Positions 38,157 through 47,663 are shown, counted from the stretch's first letter. The stretch is 64,000 nucleotides of DNA from an uncultured Verrucomicrobiae bacterium (GCA_963756875.1 CAVWPA010000003.1:1664001-1728000), one strand, 5' to 3'. Made by a program: numbers and translations. The notes: generated by a model from the sequence alone, not told the origin.

Positions 38157-39134
38157 ATGTCCACGACACTTGAGCCGGTCCGTTCGATAGAGCTGGCAGA
38201 CATCCAGGAAGCGCGGAACCGAATCGCGCGGACTATCGTGCGCACGCCTTTAGTCCGCCTCCAGCTTGGTCCGGAGTTCCCGGACATCCGCCTCAAACTG
38301 GAAAATTTGCAGCCGATCAACGCTTACAAGTTGCGCGGCGCCGCCAATGCCGTGGCGATGCTTCCGGAGGCAGATCGTAAACGCGGTGTTTGGACGATCA
38401 GCGCCGGGAACGCCGGCCAGGGCGTTGCCTATGCAGCGAGACAAGCCGGTGTTCCCTGCACCGTTGTTGCCATCGAGACGGCCCCGGCGTCGAAGATCGA
38501 ACGCATGAAAGCGCTTGGCGCAAAATTGATCACGGTCTCTTACGATGTCGCCTGGAAGGCTCTCGAAGATCGTGCGTTTCCCGGGGCCGATGGGACGTTT
38601 GTGCATCCTTTCGATGATCACAATTTCATTGCCGGTCACGGGACAATGGGTCTGGAAATCCTGGAAGACGCCCCGGACACAGCCGCTGTAATTGCGAGCA
38701 TCGGCGGCGGCGGTCTGATTACCGGAGTCGGCAGCGCCATCAAATCGCTTCGGCCGGAAATCAAAGTCTGGGGCGCCGAACCGGAAACGGCGGCCCCCGC
38801 GGCGCTCTCGTTCGAAAAGCATTCGCCACAAGTGTTCAATGACTGGAAACCTTCATTTGTCGATGGCGCCGGCGGTCAAAGCATGTTTCCACGCATGTGG
38901 GAGCGCATGAAACCGGTCGTGGACGGCTTCATTGTCGTCAGCCTGGACGAAACGAAAAAGGCGATGCGGTTGATGGCGGAAAAGGCGCGGGTTATTTCTG
39001 AAGGGGCGGGCGCGCTCCCGCTCGCGGCCGCACTGACCGGAAAAGCGGGCAACGGGCCGATTGTGGCGATCGTGTCGGGCGGCAACATCGACATGAAGAA
39101 GTTTTGCGAACTGATCGCCGCGGCAGCGGTTTGA
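38157..39134 (+). CDS. PLP-dependent threonine/serine dehydratase family protein
   Basis: KLENLQPINAYKLRGA, SAGN, GGGGL, SGGNID. Confidence 0.88.
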   Translation: MSTTLEPVRSIELADIQEARNRIARTIVRTPLVRLQLGPEFPDIRLKLENLQPINAYKLRGAANAVAMLPEADRKRGVWTISAGNAGQGVAYAARQAGVPCTVVAIETAPASKIERMKALGAKLITVSYDVAWKALEDRAFPGADGTFVHPFDDHNFIAGHGTMGLEILEDAPDTAAVIASIGGGGLITGVGSAIKSLRPEIKVWGAEPETAAPAALSFEKHSPQVFNDWKPSFVDGAGGQSMFPRMWERMKPVVDGFIVVSLDETKKAMRLMAEKARVISEGAGALPLAAALTGKAGNGPIVAIVSGGNIDMKKFCELIAAAAV

Positions 39135-39159
39135 TGCGCTGCCGCCTGCAATTCGCCCG

Positions 39160-39955
39160 TCAGCTGGTCTTCATCCGCTCGGCGGAATATTGGATCGGGT
39201 CCTGTTGGAAATAGCGCTGTAGTACCTGCGAAAAGCCGGGGATGACGAGCACGGAGCGCGCATGGTCGCTCAAAGAAGGCTTCGACGGACACAGCGAAAA
39301 ACTCAGCCGGATTTGTGGCCCCATACGTATCGAGGAGGGTCGGAATTCCGGTATCGTCGGCTGCCCGCAGGGACGCAAACTCGGTTCTCATCACCTCGCG
39401 CCAGGCCAGTTGTTGCTCACGCGTCGCTAACGCAGGCACGCCATCTGTCGCATAATTCTCATAGTCGAGTTGGTGGGCAAACTCGTGCATGACGAGATTC
39501 TTGCCGTCGGAAGGATCCGCTGCGCCCGATTTTACCGCGTCCCAGGCGAGGACCATCGCTCCAAGTTGGCGACCGGTTTCGCCCGACCGAATCATCTCTC
39601 CCTCCTGCCAGACGTGATCTTGAACCTGTCGTATGTCGTCAGCGATGTATATCGAAGGGTAAACGAGAATCGTAAGGAGACGCGGAAAGTAATCAGCCTT
39701 GCGGTGCAGCAAAAGGAGGCAGGCCTGTGCCGCGACAGTCACGCGGATCTCTTCGGTCGGTTCCAGGCCATCACAACCTTCAAAGCGCTTTTCATCGAGA
39801 AATATCCGGATGTGATCCAGAAGTTCCTTCTGATCGTCGGGAGAAAGCCGGCTGAAAAACGCCACGTTGCGTTTGATGATCTCAAGCCAGGAGTTTGGAA
39901 AAGGCTGAGCCCCCAACCGTCGCCGCCGTCGGCGCTTCAGCAATCCAAAAGTCAT
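39160..39955 (-). CDS. MtfA-like zinc-dependent peptidase (M90) (apparent +1 frameshift at about 39225)
   Basis: HEFAHQLD, YGATNPAEFFAV..EAFFE; removing one base in AGTACCTG gives ...LFAVLQRYFQQDP...* at 39160. Confidence 0.85.
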
Positions 39956-40062
39956 GGCGAAATGTAGCCGTTCAGGCACGAGACTGCCTGCCTAAAATAA
40001 GGAGTCGGTTTTGCGAATCGATCAAACGGCGCCTATGCGTGCCGCCCGGCCTTTCCGGTCTC

Positions 40063-40161
40063 TTAATGAACGTGAATCATCTGCCGGCATCCTGCGATGT
40101 TACCGAAGAGCATAATAAGCAAGATGCCGTAGAGAAGAAGCGTCCATGATTCGGGAGTCAT
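40063..40161 (-). CDS. 32-aa hydrophobic peptide
   Basis: MTPESWTLLLYGILLIMLFGNIAGCRQMIHVH*; ATG one nt after the upstream TAA. Confidence 0.5.
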   Translation of the reverse strand: MTPESWTLLLYGILLIMLFGNIAGCRQMIHVH

Positions 40162-40162
40162 T

Positions 40163-40744
40163 TTACTCCTTAACGACGACAGGTGTGCCCACACGAGTAG
40201 CGTTGTAGAAGTGCTCAGCCATTCCTTTCGGCAAACGAATGCAACCGTGCGATGCCGCGAACGGCGGGACGTAGCCCTGATGCATGGCGTAGCCGCCCCT
40301 GAAAAACATGGCATACGGCATTCGGGCGCCATCGAAATGGGAGCCGCGGGGCCGGCGATCTTTGCGCGAATCGATGTTCCTTTTCACCACGTTGCCTTCA
40401 TCATCCACATAATCGCCGAATATGGTTGAGATGTGGTCTTTGCTCTTTGAGAGAACCTGGTAGTGACCGGGCGGAGTGGAAAATCCTCGTTTACCGGTAG
40501 AAACAGTAGATTCGCCCACCAAATGTTTCCCTTTGTAGAAGTAAGCTTTTTGCTCGTCGATATGGACGACAATTCGCGGGGACCCGGATACGCCTTCACC
40601 ATTCCACCAGCCGGGAGCCGGTGTGGGCATTGGCAAAACCGCGGCGAGCGGACTTTGCACCTGGTTCGGCAATTCTTCGCAGCTGCAAAGAACGACCGCG
40701 ACGGCAGCCAAGGGCAAAAACCTAACAAGCCGGGGTGATTTCAT
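40163..40744 (-). CDS. L,D-transpeptidase (YkuD) lipoprotein
   Basis: Lipobox LCSC, STG...TPPG, H...ASHGCIRL. Confidence 0.9.
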   Translation of the reverse strand: MKSPRLVRFLPLAAVAVVLCSCEELPNQVQSPLAAVLPMPTPAPGWWNGEGVSGSPRIVVHIDEQKAYFYKGKHLVGESTVSTGKRGFSTPPGHYQVLSKSKDHISTIFGDYVDDEGNVVKRNIDSRKDRRPRGSHFDGARMPYAMFFRGGYAMHQGYVPPFAASHGCIRLPKGMAEHFYNATRVGTPVVVKE

Positions 40745-40918
40745 GAAGGGGCGGATAGTAGGCGTGGCTCTACGCATGTTCAATCGGAAATATGGACACC
40801 GATCTCGAGATGGAACGAACGCCTCCGCGCCGCCCTATTGATCTTATGGAAAGGACAAAGTGAGCCCCCGGCTGCATTGATCAATTTGACGCTCCGCAGG
40901 CATGGAATACTCTCGTTT

Positions 40919-41500
40919 ATGGCCACTCTTACTGAGTCCGCAACACGACCGCAGGCGAGCGGCGTCACAGCTCCCGTGCAACCGCCGATTAATCTGAACA
41001 AATGGATTGAAGAGAATCGGGAAAAATTCAAGCCACCTGTAAGCAACCGTTATCTCTATGACGGGCGCGACTTTTTCGTGATGGTGATCAAAGGCCCGAA
41101 CGCACGCAGCGATTTTCATCTCGTGGACTCGGAGGAATACTTTTACCAGCTGAAGGGCGACATAAGGGTGCGAATCCGTGAAGGCGAGCGGATCGTCGAT
41201 CACGTCGTCCACGAAGGCGAGACGTTCTTTATTCCAGCGAATGTGCCGCACTCGCCCCAACGACCACCGGATACGATCGGCGTGGTGGTCGAGCGACGCC
41301 GGCCGCCGGGAGAAAAAGAACACGTTATATTCTATTGCGAAAATTGCGGAGCGCTCGTCGAAGACATTCATTTCGACTGTGCCGATATCGTCGAGCACTT
41401 CAGCAAGGCAATGCTCGATTTCTGGAACGACGACGCGCGGCGGACATGCAAGAAGTGCGGCACGAAGGTTGAAAGACCCGGCCCGATGAAGCCGTTTTAA
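40919..41500 (+). CDS. nbaC: 3-hydroxyanthranilate 3,4-dioxygenase
   Basis: KPPVSN, GPNARSDFH, EEYFYQLKG, PHSPQR, rubredoxin-like CENC/CKKC. Confidence 0.93.
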   Translation: MATLTESATRPQASGVTAPVQPPINLNKWIEENREKFKPPVSNRYLYDGRDFFVMVIKGPNARSDFHLVDSEEYFYQLKGDIRVRIREGERIVDHVVHEGETFFIPANVPHSPQRPPDTIGVVVERRRPPGEKEHVIFYCENCGALVEDIHFDCADIVEHFSKAMLDFWNDDARRTCKKCGTKVERPGPMKPF

Positions 41501-41553
41501 GGCGGGGACAGCGCACCGCGCTGCCCTGGACGCCGCAGCGCAGCGTCCCTACC
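41501..41553. repeat. GGTAG REP doublet (reverse copy of 27888-27939)
   Basis: GGGGACAGCGCACCGCGCTGCCC-TGGACGCCGCAGCGCAGCGTCCCTACC. Confidence 0.8.
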
Positions 41554-41558
41554 ATGCA

Positions 41559-42614
41559 ATGGTGAAGATCGACCTGCATACCCATATCCTGCCGCGCGAT
41601 TGGCCCGACCTGGATGCAAAGTACGGGTACGGCGGGTTCGTCAGGCTCGATCATTACAAGCCGTGCTGCGCGCGGATGATGATGGGCGACTCTGTTTTTC
41701 GGGAAATCACCGACAATGCCTGGGACCCGAAGCGACGCATCGAAGAGTGCGACAATGCCGGTGTTTCGATGCAAGTGCTCTCGACCGTGCCAGTGATGTT
41801 CAGTTATTGGGCAAAACCGGCCGATGGCCTCGATTTGTGCCGCCGGCTAAACGATCATATTGCAGAGATCGTTCGCGATCATCCCACCCGGTTCGCAGGT
41901 CTGGCGACAATTCCACTCCAGGATCCCGACCTAGCAGCGCGCGAACTGGAACGATCTGTGCGCGAACTGGGCCTTCGCGGCGCGGAGATCGGCACGCACG
42001 TCGATGCGAACGAGTTTTGTCGTCATCCCGATTGCCGGAACCTTGACGATCGCTCCCTCGACGTCGTCTGGAGAATGGCGGAGCAGCTCAACACCGCGAT
42101 TTTTGTTCATCCCTGGGACATGATTGGCAAACGACGAATGCCAAAATACTGGCTGCCGTGGCTGGTCGGCATGCCGGCCGAGACGTCGCTCGCGGTCTGC
42201 TCGATGATGTTCGGCGGCGTTTTCGAGCGCTTTCCCAAACTGCGCGTCGCTTTTGCACATGGTGGCGGCGCGTTCCCGGGCACGATTGGACGTATTGAAC
42301 GCGGGTTTGAGGTGCGGCCGGATTTGGTTGCGACTGACAGCAAGACGAACCCGAGAAATTATCTGGCCTGCGCCGACGGGCGAGAAATCACGCCGGCGCA
42401 TTTCTACGTCGATTCACTCGTGCATGATGCGGATGCGCTGAGAATGTTGGTGAAGTTATTTGGCGCGGAACGGGTCGCGCTCGGATCGGATTACCCATTC
42501 CCGCTGGGCGAAACGCATCCGGGAGAGCTCATCGAATCCATGGGCAGCTTTTCTCCGGAAACAAAAACGCAATTGCTTTCCGAAACCGCTCGCGAATTTC
42601 TGGGACTCGGGTAG
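41559..42614 (+). CDS. nbaD: 2-amino-3-carboxymuconate-6-semialdehyde decarboxylase (ACMSD)
   Basis: IDLHTHILP, QVLSTVPVMFSYW, FVHPWDM, WLVGMPAET, GSDYPFPLGE. Confidence 0.9.
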   Translation: MVKIDLHTHILPRDWPDLDAKYGYGGFVRLDHYKPCCARMMMGDSVFREITDNAWDPKRRIEECDNAGVSMQVLSTVPVMFSYWAKPADGLDLCRRLNDHIAEIVRDHPTRFAGLATIPLQDPDLAARELERSVRELGLRGAEIGTHVDANEFCRHPDCRNLDDRSLDVVWRMAEQLNTAIFVHPWDMIGKRRMPKYWLPWLVGMPAETSLAVCSMMFGGVFERFPKLRVAFAHGGGAFPGTIGRIERGFEVRPDLVATDSKTNPRNYLACADGREITPAHFYVDSLVHDADALRMLVKLFGAERVALGSDYPFPLGETHPGELIESMGSFSPETKTQLLSETAREFLGLG

Positions 42615-42672
42615 GGACGCGCCTCCTGGGTGTCCGACGAATTTAGGGACGGTTTGGAAAACCGTTCCTGCC
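42610..42672. repeat. Degenerate GGTAG REP containing the ACMSD stop codon
   Basis: GGTAGGGACGCGCCTCCTGGGTGTCC ... GGACGGTTTGGAAAACCGTTCCTGCC. Confidence 0.6.
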
Positions 42673-42676
42673 TGCT

Positions 42677-43294
42677 TTACATCGTCCGCAAAACCGCCCG
42701 CACAGGGCTGGCGTCGAACCCGACGAGTCGCAATGGTAACGCGATCAACTCGTAAATTCCTTCCGGCACATCTTTCAACACCAGCCCTTCCAGGATGGCC
42801 ATGTTATGTCGCAAAATCGCTTTATGCGCCGGTAAATCCTTCGATTCGAACAAGTCGACACTTGGTGTATCGATTCCCACGGTGACCACGCCGCGGTCGT
42901 GAAGAAAGTCGATCAACTCGACCGATATCGCCGCAAAATCATTGTTCCAGTTCTCCGGATCGGGATATGTCTGGGTTGCGAACAAAACGCGCGGCGTTGC
43001 TACATCGTACGGCAGCATCTCTGGTGTGATTCGAGCCGTTCGCGCGACCTCAACCCGAATGACCCGACACGGTCCGAGATAATAATCGAGTTCGCGCTCA
43101 TCGATGGCAGCCGCGTCCTTGCCGTAGTGATTCGGCCCGTCCGCGTGCGCCCCGAGATGAACCGTTGCGCGCAACGTCGATAGCGTGACGTTGTCGCCGC
43201 CCGCTGTATCCATTAACACCTCCCGGCTCGGCCGCGTATCGCCGGGCCAAACCGCTAGCTTCGGCGTGATCGGCGGCGAAATATCGTAAAGCAC
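42677..43294 (-). CDS. kynB: Kynurenine formamidase (cyclase family)
   Basis: VWPGD, HLGAHADGP, GIDTPSVD, ILEGL, DASPVRA. Confidence 0.9.
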   Translation of the reverse strand: MLYDISPPITPKLAVWPGDTRPSREVLMDTAGGDNVTLSTLRATVHLGAHADGPNHYGKDAAAIDERELDYYLGPCRVIRVEVARTARITPEMLPYDVATPRVLFATQTYPDPENWNNDFAAISVELIDFLHDRGVVTVGIDTPSVDLFESKDLPAHKAILRHNMAILEGLVLKDVPEGIYELIALPLRLVGFDASPVRAVLRTM

Positions 43295-43341
43295 GGTAAT
43301 CGTTAAACGGTTGAAGCGCTAAAGCGGCAACCCGGGTACGC

Positions 43342-43365
43342 TGTGGCGGCGGCCTACGACCGTCG
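43342..43365. repeat. Variant REP copy
   Basis: TGTGGCGGCGGCCTACGACCGTCG. Confidence 0.65.
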
Positions 43366-43428
43366 CATTAATAATCAACGCGAACACGATCATGAGTAGA
43401 TTTCGTTCTTCGTGCTCCATCATTTAGG

Positions 43429-44214
43429 TCACATCTCATGCCTGATCGCCCACAGATCATGAAAGATTGGTTTGAACAGGGATTCCCTCAGAAACGGCAC
43501 GCCGGGCGATCCACCAGTGCCTTTCTTCGCGCCAATCGTTCGCTCGACCAGTTTGATATGCCGGTAGCGCCATTCCTGCAATCCTTCGTCGAAGTCGGTC
43601 ATCAACTCGAAAAGAATGGAACATTCCGGTGCACTGCGGTAAAGCCGCAGAATCTCCTTCTGTACCTGCTCGTCAGGGCCATTGGGTTGTGAAAGATCCC
43701 TGTTCTTCAGTTCAGTCGGAATTTTTGCACCGCGCGTTTCGAGAAAATTGTAGAAATGGTCGATAACGGTTCGTTGACCGAGCAACTGTTGGAGCCGGTC
43801 ATACTCCGGAAAATCGGGCCGAACATACTTGAGCGTCACGGCCCGTTTGTATCCCAAAACGAATTCGATTTCGCGAAACTGCACCGATTGAAAACCCGAC
43901 GCCGTCTCGAGGCGGTCGCGAAAACTGGAGAATGACGATGGCGTCATCGTTTCGAGAATATCGATCTGAGCGACGAGGACTTTCATGATTGTCCGTACCC
44001 GCTTGAAGGAATGAATCGCACCGAACAAATCGCCGGCCGAGAAATCCGTCTTCACTTTGTCGAACTCATGCAGCAGTTCCTTGAACCAGAGCTCGTAGGT
44101 TTGATGGATGATGATGAAAAGCATTTCATCATGTTCTGCCGGGCTGGAGCGCGGCTTTTGCAGCGTCAGCAGTTTCTCCAGGTCGAGATAACCGGCATAG
44201 GTGAGAGGCGGCAT
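43429..44214 (-). CDS. kynA: Tryptophan 2,3-dioxygenase
   Basis: HDEMLFIIIHQTYELWFK, ASGFQSVQFR, WRYRH..VERTIG.K.GTGGS. Confidence 0.95.
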   Translation of the reverse strand: MPPLTYAGYLDLEKLLTLQKPRSSPAEHDEMLFIIIHQTYELWFKELLHEFDKVKTDFSAGDLFGAIHSFKRVRTIMKVLVAQIDILETMTPSSFSSFRDRLETASGFQSVQFREIEFVLGYKRAVTLKYVRPDFPEYDRLQQLLGQRTVIDHFYNFLETRGAKIPTELKNRDLSQPNGPDEQVQKEILRLYRSAPECSILFELMTDFDEGLQEWRYRHIKLVERTIGAKKGTGGSPGVPFLRESLFKPIFHDLWAIRHEM

Positions 44215-44319
44215 GTCTACATGCTCTACATCAGTCGCGTGGACGTCAATGCGGATGCAGTGTTGCTCCGCCCTGGGAATGCAGGGTAACCGCTGGCGAT
44301 GCCCGGGCGCCGGCGTTCT

Positions 44320-44499
44320 CTAACTAAGGATCTCTCTGTCTACCGCGCCGTAACAGAGCCATCCGATTATCAGCCAACTCCACTGCGAATGCCGTAGCGC
44401 TTCCGCCACCTGGTGGCGCTTTTGCGCATCGTGAAAGACGTAGAAAATTCCCGCTGCGGTGACGAGTAGTTGGAGCGTGAGAATCCCGGCGCGTTTCAT
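44320..44499 (-). pseudogene. Truncated N-terminus resembling a lysylphosphatidylglycerol-synthase TM (UPF0104 flippase-like) protein
   Basis: MKRAGILTLQLLVTAAGIFYVFHDAQKRHQVAEALRHSQWSWLIIGWLCYGAVDREILS*; 59 aa, helix-linker-helix pattern. Confidence 0.5.
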
Positions 44500-44584
44500 C
44501 TGGGTACGCTTTTATCGTTTCCGAAAGCCGGCGTAGCTGTCGCCGTACAGGGACCAACCGTCGGAGCCGGGCGAAGGCAGGCTG

Positions 44585-45028
44585 TTATTTCAACACTGCC
44601 TGATGAAACTCGTACCAATCGTCAAGATTATTCAAATTCACCGCGTCATGCGAAGCGGAGGCGTCGTCGGCAATGCCACACGCGTTCAGAATACTTTTGC
44701 GCGTGGCGTCCTCGTGATTATAACCACGCACCGCGGCATTGTGCTTCTCGACAGCTTGCGGTGTAAGCGACTTTGCATTCTTTTTAACCCACGCTTCGAA
44801 TTGAGGGTAAGTCGGTTTGTTCTGCTTGATGTAATCTTTGACTGCCTGTTCATCGAGGCCGAGCGCAGCGCACGTCATTGCATCAAAGCCTCGCCCGATG
44901 CCGGGATAACCGGCTGCAAGTTTACCCGCTGCTTCGAGAGAGACTTTCTGCCAGAGCCGCGGAGGTTGCAGAACGCCAAGTGGCCCGGCTGTGCCGGAAC
45001 TGATCAGTGGAACGTAGGTATCGCTCAT
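44585..45028 (-). CDS. DUF5069-like protein
   Basis: GPLGV..PRLWQK, GFDAM..LGLD, NLDDW. Confidence 0.75.
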   Translation of the reverse strand: MSDTYVPLISSGTAGPLGVLQPPRLWQKVSLEAAGKLAAGYPGIGRGFDAMTCAALGLDEQAVKDYIKQNKPTYPQFEAWVKKNAKSLTPQAVEKHNAAVRGYNHEDATRKSILNACGIADDASASHDAVNLNNLDDWYEFHQAVLK

Positions 45029-45254
45029 AATGACTCCCTTTCTTTCAAACTCGGAGCCGGTTTGTCAATAGGTGTTCCAGAGGTTGCGACTTTTACCACA
45101 GGAGCGGGCTTACAAAGCGAGTGGCGCTCGTAAAATCTGCGTAGCGCCGCCCCGTCTCACCCTCACACACAGCCCATGTGTGCCTCGGCAGGGGACGAGA
45201 CGAAAATTTTCGTAACAGGTCAAAACAATTTGATGGTTCTAAACCGCTCAAAGC

Positions 45255-45692
45255 CTAACGAGATTTCGCTTTCTTGATCACGCTGCGGATGTCCAATGTC
45301 CATGCGTTGGCGTCGTCGGGGGGTCGAAAGGACCAGCTCAGGGCAGATTTGCCGCTTCCTGCGCGCAGGCTGATCCGGTCGTGATCGCGGCGAACTTCGT
45401 AGAAGCCAGTCGAGCGCGGCGTGATCTCGACTTGCGGCTTTCCGTTCACGTGAATAAAAACGCTTTCACGGGTGACGATGATGGACGCCCGCTTCTCATC
45501 CCAACCTGAGTCGCGTTGGCCAGCAGGGCGGGTGCGGCGGAAGGTGAGATCATCGGCTCGGTGCACGATCCCTTCTTTCTCAAAGTGCGCTTGCAGTTCC
45601 GGCGAAAGCCTGCCGGTCTTCTGGCATCCGGTAGTGAGTAACGCCAGCGAACAACAGGCAGCGAATCCACTTGTTAGGAATGTATTATTCAT
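45255..45692 (-). CDS. Hypothetical lipoprotein
   Basis: Hydrophobic N-terminus with LLTTGC; 4 nt after kmo. Confidence 0.7.
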   Translation of the reverse strand: MNNTFLTSGFAACCSLALLTTGCQKTGRLSPELQAHFEKEGIVHRADDLTFRRTRPAGQRDSGWDEKRASIIVTRESVFIHVNGKPQVEITPRSTGFYEVRRDHDRISLRAGSGKSALSWSFRPPDDANAWTLDIRSVIKKAKSR

Positions 45693-45696
45693 CGCC

Positions 45697-47034
45697 TTAA
45701 ACGGTCAGTATGATTAACAACACCGCAAGTAACGTTATTGCAACAGCGAGGCCAGTGTAAACAATGCGGTCCTGCCACCTCGCGCGGAGCGCGGCCTCGG
45801 CATAAGGAATGCGCGTGAAGGTCACCATCGTATAAAGCGGCAAATAAATGCCTGGTAGCGCGGCTTCGAGGAAGTGATCGAGTTTCTTTTTCGCGCGAAA
45901 AGTGCGCGACGCGGTTTTGTCACGCATCTCAACGAAATTCTTCACAGCGAGATCGGCAAGAGCGTCGGCGTTTTCTTTTCGCCGGGAAAAATATTCGGCG
46001 AAGGCGCGTCCCCGATTGTCCGGGAATTCAGCAAGGCATTCGTCCAGGACGACGCAGTCTTCGAATGCGGCATTCATTCCCTGGCCGTAAAACGGTACGA
46101 CAGCGTGGGCCGCATCACCGACGAGCGCGACTTTATCCCGATAAAACCAAGGCGCGCAGCGAATCGTGACCAGCGATCCGGTCGGATTTTCTCGAAAATC
46201 ATCGAGCAACGTCGGCATGAGAAGCACGGCATCGGGAAACTCTTCGTCGAAGAACCGACGGACATCGTCGTCGGTTTTTATCGATTCAAAGCTGCGCGAC
46301 CCGGTGAATTCCCAGAAGAGCGTGCAGGTGAACGAGCCATCGGGGTTTGGCAGCGCAATCATCATGAAACTTTTGCGGGGCCAGATGTGAAGGGCATTTT
46401 TTTCCATTTGCCAGGAACCGTCGGGCGCGGGCGGTACGGTTAATTCTTTGTAGCCGTGGGCCAGGTAACTTTCGTCGTACTCGAAATTGTCGATTTTGCG
46501 CTGCATCGATTGGCGCACGGCGGAGAAGGCGCCATCTACGCCAATGATTGCGTCACTGCGCGCGTTGATTGTCGCTGCGGGCAAGACGCCAGTCGTTGCG
46601 GAAGAGTCAACGAGTTGCGCGGTCACGGTGTCGATATCGACGTCCGTGCAACGACGGTTGAAGAACACACGCACGTTTGGATAGCGCTGCGCGGCCTCGA
46701 TTACCGTGGTGTTGAGCGCCGCGCGCCCGATCGAGTTGATACATTTGTTCGGGTCGACGTCGTACGGCGCAAAGTGTAGATCGCCCGATCGGTCGTGAAT
46801 CATGCGGCCGCGCATCGGAATTGCGTGCTGAAGGACTTCGTCGGCTATTCCGAGTTGCTGGAGCGCGTGGATGCCGCGTGTCGAGAGAGCGAGATTGATG
46901 GAGCGTCCGCCGACAATATTGCCTTCACGTGGGTCGGCGCGTTTCTCGTAGAGATCGACATCGTACCCGCGCCGGCCGAGATAAGCCGCGAGCAGGCCGC
47001 CTGCGAGTCCGCTACCGATGAGGACGAATTTCAT
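45697..47034 (-). CDS. kmo: Kynurenine 3-monooxygenase
   Basis: GRSINLALSTRG, GYKEL, NALHIWPR, GDAAHAVVPFYGQGMNAAFED. Confidence 0.95.
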   Translation of the reverse strand: MKFVLIGSGLAGGLLAAYLGRRGYDVDLYEKRADPREGNIVGGRSINLALSTRGIHALQQLGIADEVLQHAIPMRGRMIHDRSGDLHFAPYDVDPNKCINSIGRAALNTTVIEAAQRYPNVRVFFNRRCTDVDIDTVTAQLVDSSATTGVLPAATINARSDAIIGVDGAFSAVRQSMQRKIDNFEYDESYLAHGYKELTVPPAPDGSWQMEKNALHIWPRKSFMMIALPNPDGSFTCTLFWEFTGSRSFESIKTDDDVRRFFDEEFPDAVLLMPTLLDDFRENPTGSLVTIRCAPWFYRDKVALVGDAAHAVVPFYGQGMNAAFEDCVVLDECLAEFPDNRGRAFAEYFSRRKENADALADLAVKNFVEMRDKTASRTFRAKKKLDHFLEAALPGIYLPLYTMVTFTRIPYAEAALRARWQDRIVYTGLAVAITLLAVLLIILTV

Positions 47035-47178
47035 CGAGAAATGCTTAATCGTGGGATCCGCTTTCGTCGAGCTAGCTGCGCCAAAGGAATGGGAAGCTAA
47101 GGGCTGCGGGGGGCGAAGTAAGCGAATAGGGGGTCAGCTGGCACCACGGCTGCTTAGAAGAGCTATAATTACAATAAC

Positions 47179-47595
47179 ATGGAATTTGAACCCAACTCGG
47201 AGGCGCTCGAGCCTTACGTTAATACCCTCGAGCTGAAAGCAGTGCTGGTGGTGGACGATGACAAGCAGCTCGCCCAGGCTTTGCAATGGATCCTGGCGGA
47301 CGAAAATTTTCTGGTCGATATCGCGCACGACGGCGAGGAAGCCGCTCTGAAGGTAAAGGCACACGAGTACGACGCGGTTATCTGCGATTTAAAGATGCCG
47401 CGTCTGCGCGGTGACGAATTTTATCTCAGGGCCCGCGAGATACGCCCATCTTTAGCCGATCGCTTCATTTTTATCACGGGCTTCGCTGCGGACGCGAACA
47501 TCGCTCTTTTCCTCAATAAGCACGACGTGAAGTACCTGGTAAAGCCTTTCCCAATCCAGGTGCTGATTAACTGCGTCAGGGAACTGCTTTGCTGA
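47179..47595 (+). CDS. Single-domain response regulator
   Basis: VLVVDDD, DLKMP, FITG, KPF. Confidence 0.9.
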   Translation: MEFEPNSEALEPYVNTLELKAVLVVDDDKQLAQALQWILADENFLVDIAHDGEEAALKVKAHEYDAVICDLKMPRLRGDEFYLRAREIRPSLADRFIFITGFAADANIALFLNKHDVKYLVKPFPIQVLINCVRELLC

Positions 47596-47663
47596 TTCGT
47601 CCGGCAGCAGCCGGACTACGGCGCGCCAGGTCTGTTTTCTTCTCGCGCTTCGGCGAACGCCCA

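Noticed and set aside
38876..39159. C-terminal extension of the MtfA-like ORF overlapping the dehydratase gene
   Set aside because: Artefact of the +1 insertion near 39225; the corrected gene ends at 39160.
44960..44975. QPPR instead of the expected HLPR in the DUF5069-like protein as compensating indels
   Set aside because: Frame is intact and the expected motif is only from memory; cannot be judged without an alignment.
47531..47538. Fourth AGTACCTG as another frameshift
   Set aside because: Reads in frame as K-Y-L-V before the conserved KPF of the receiver domain.
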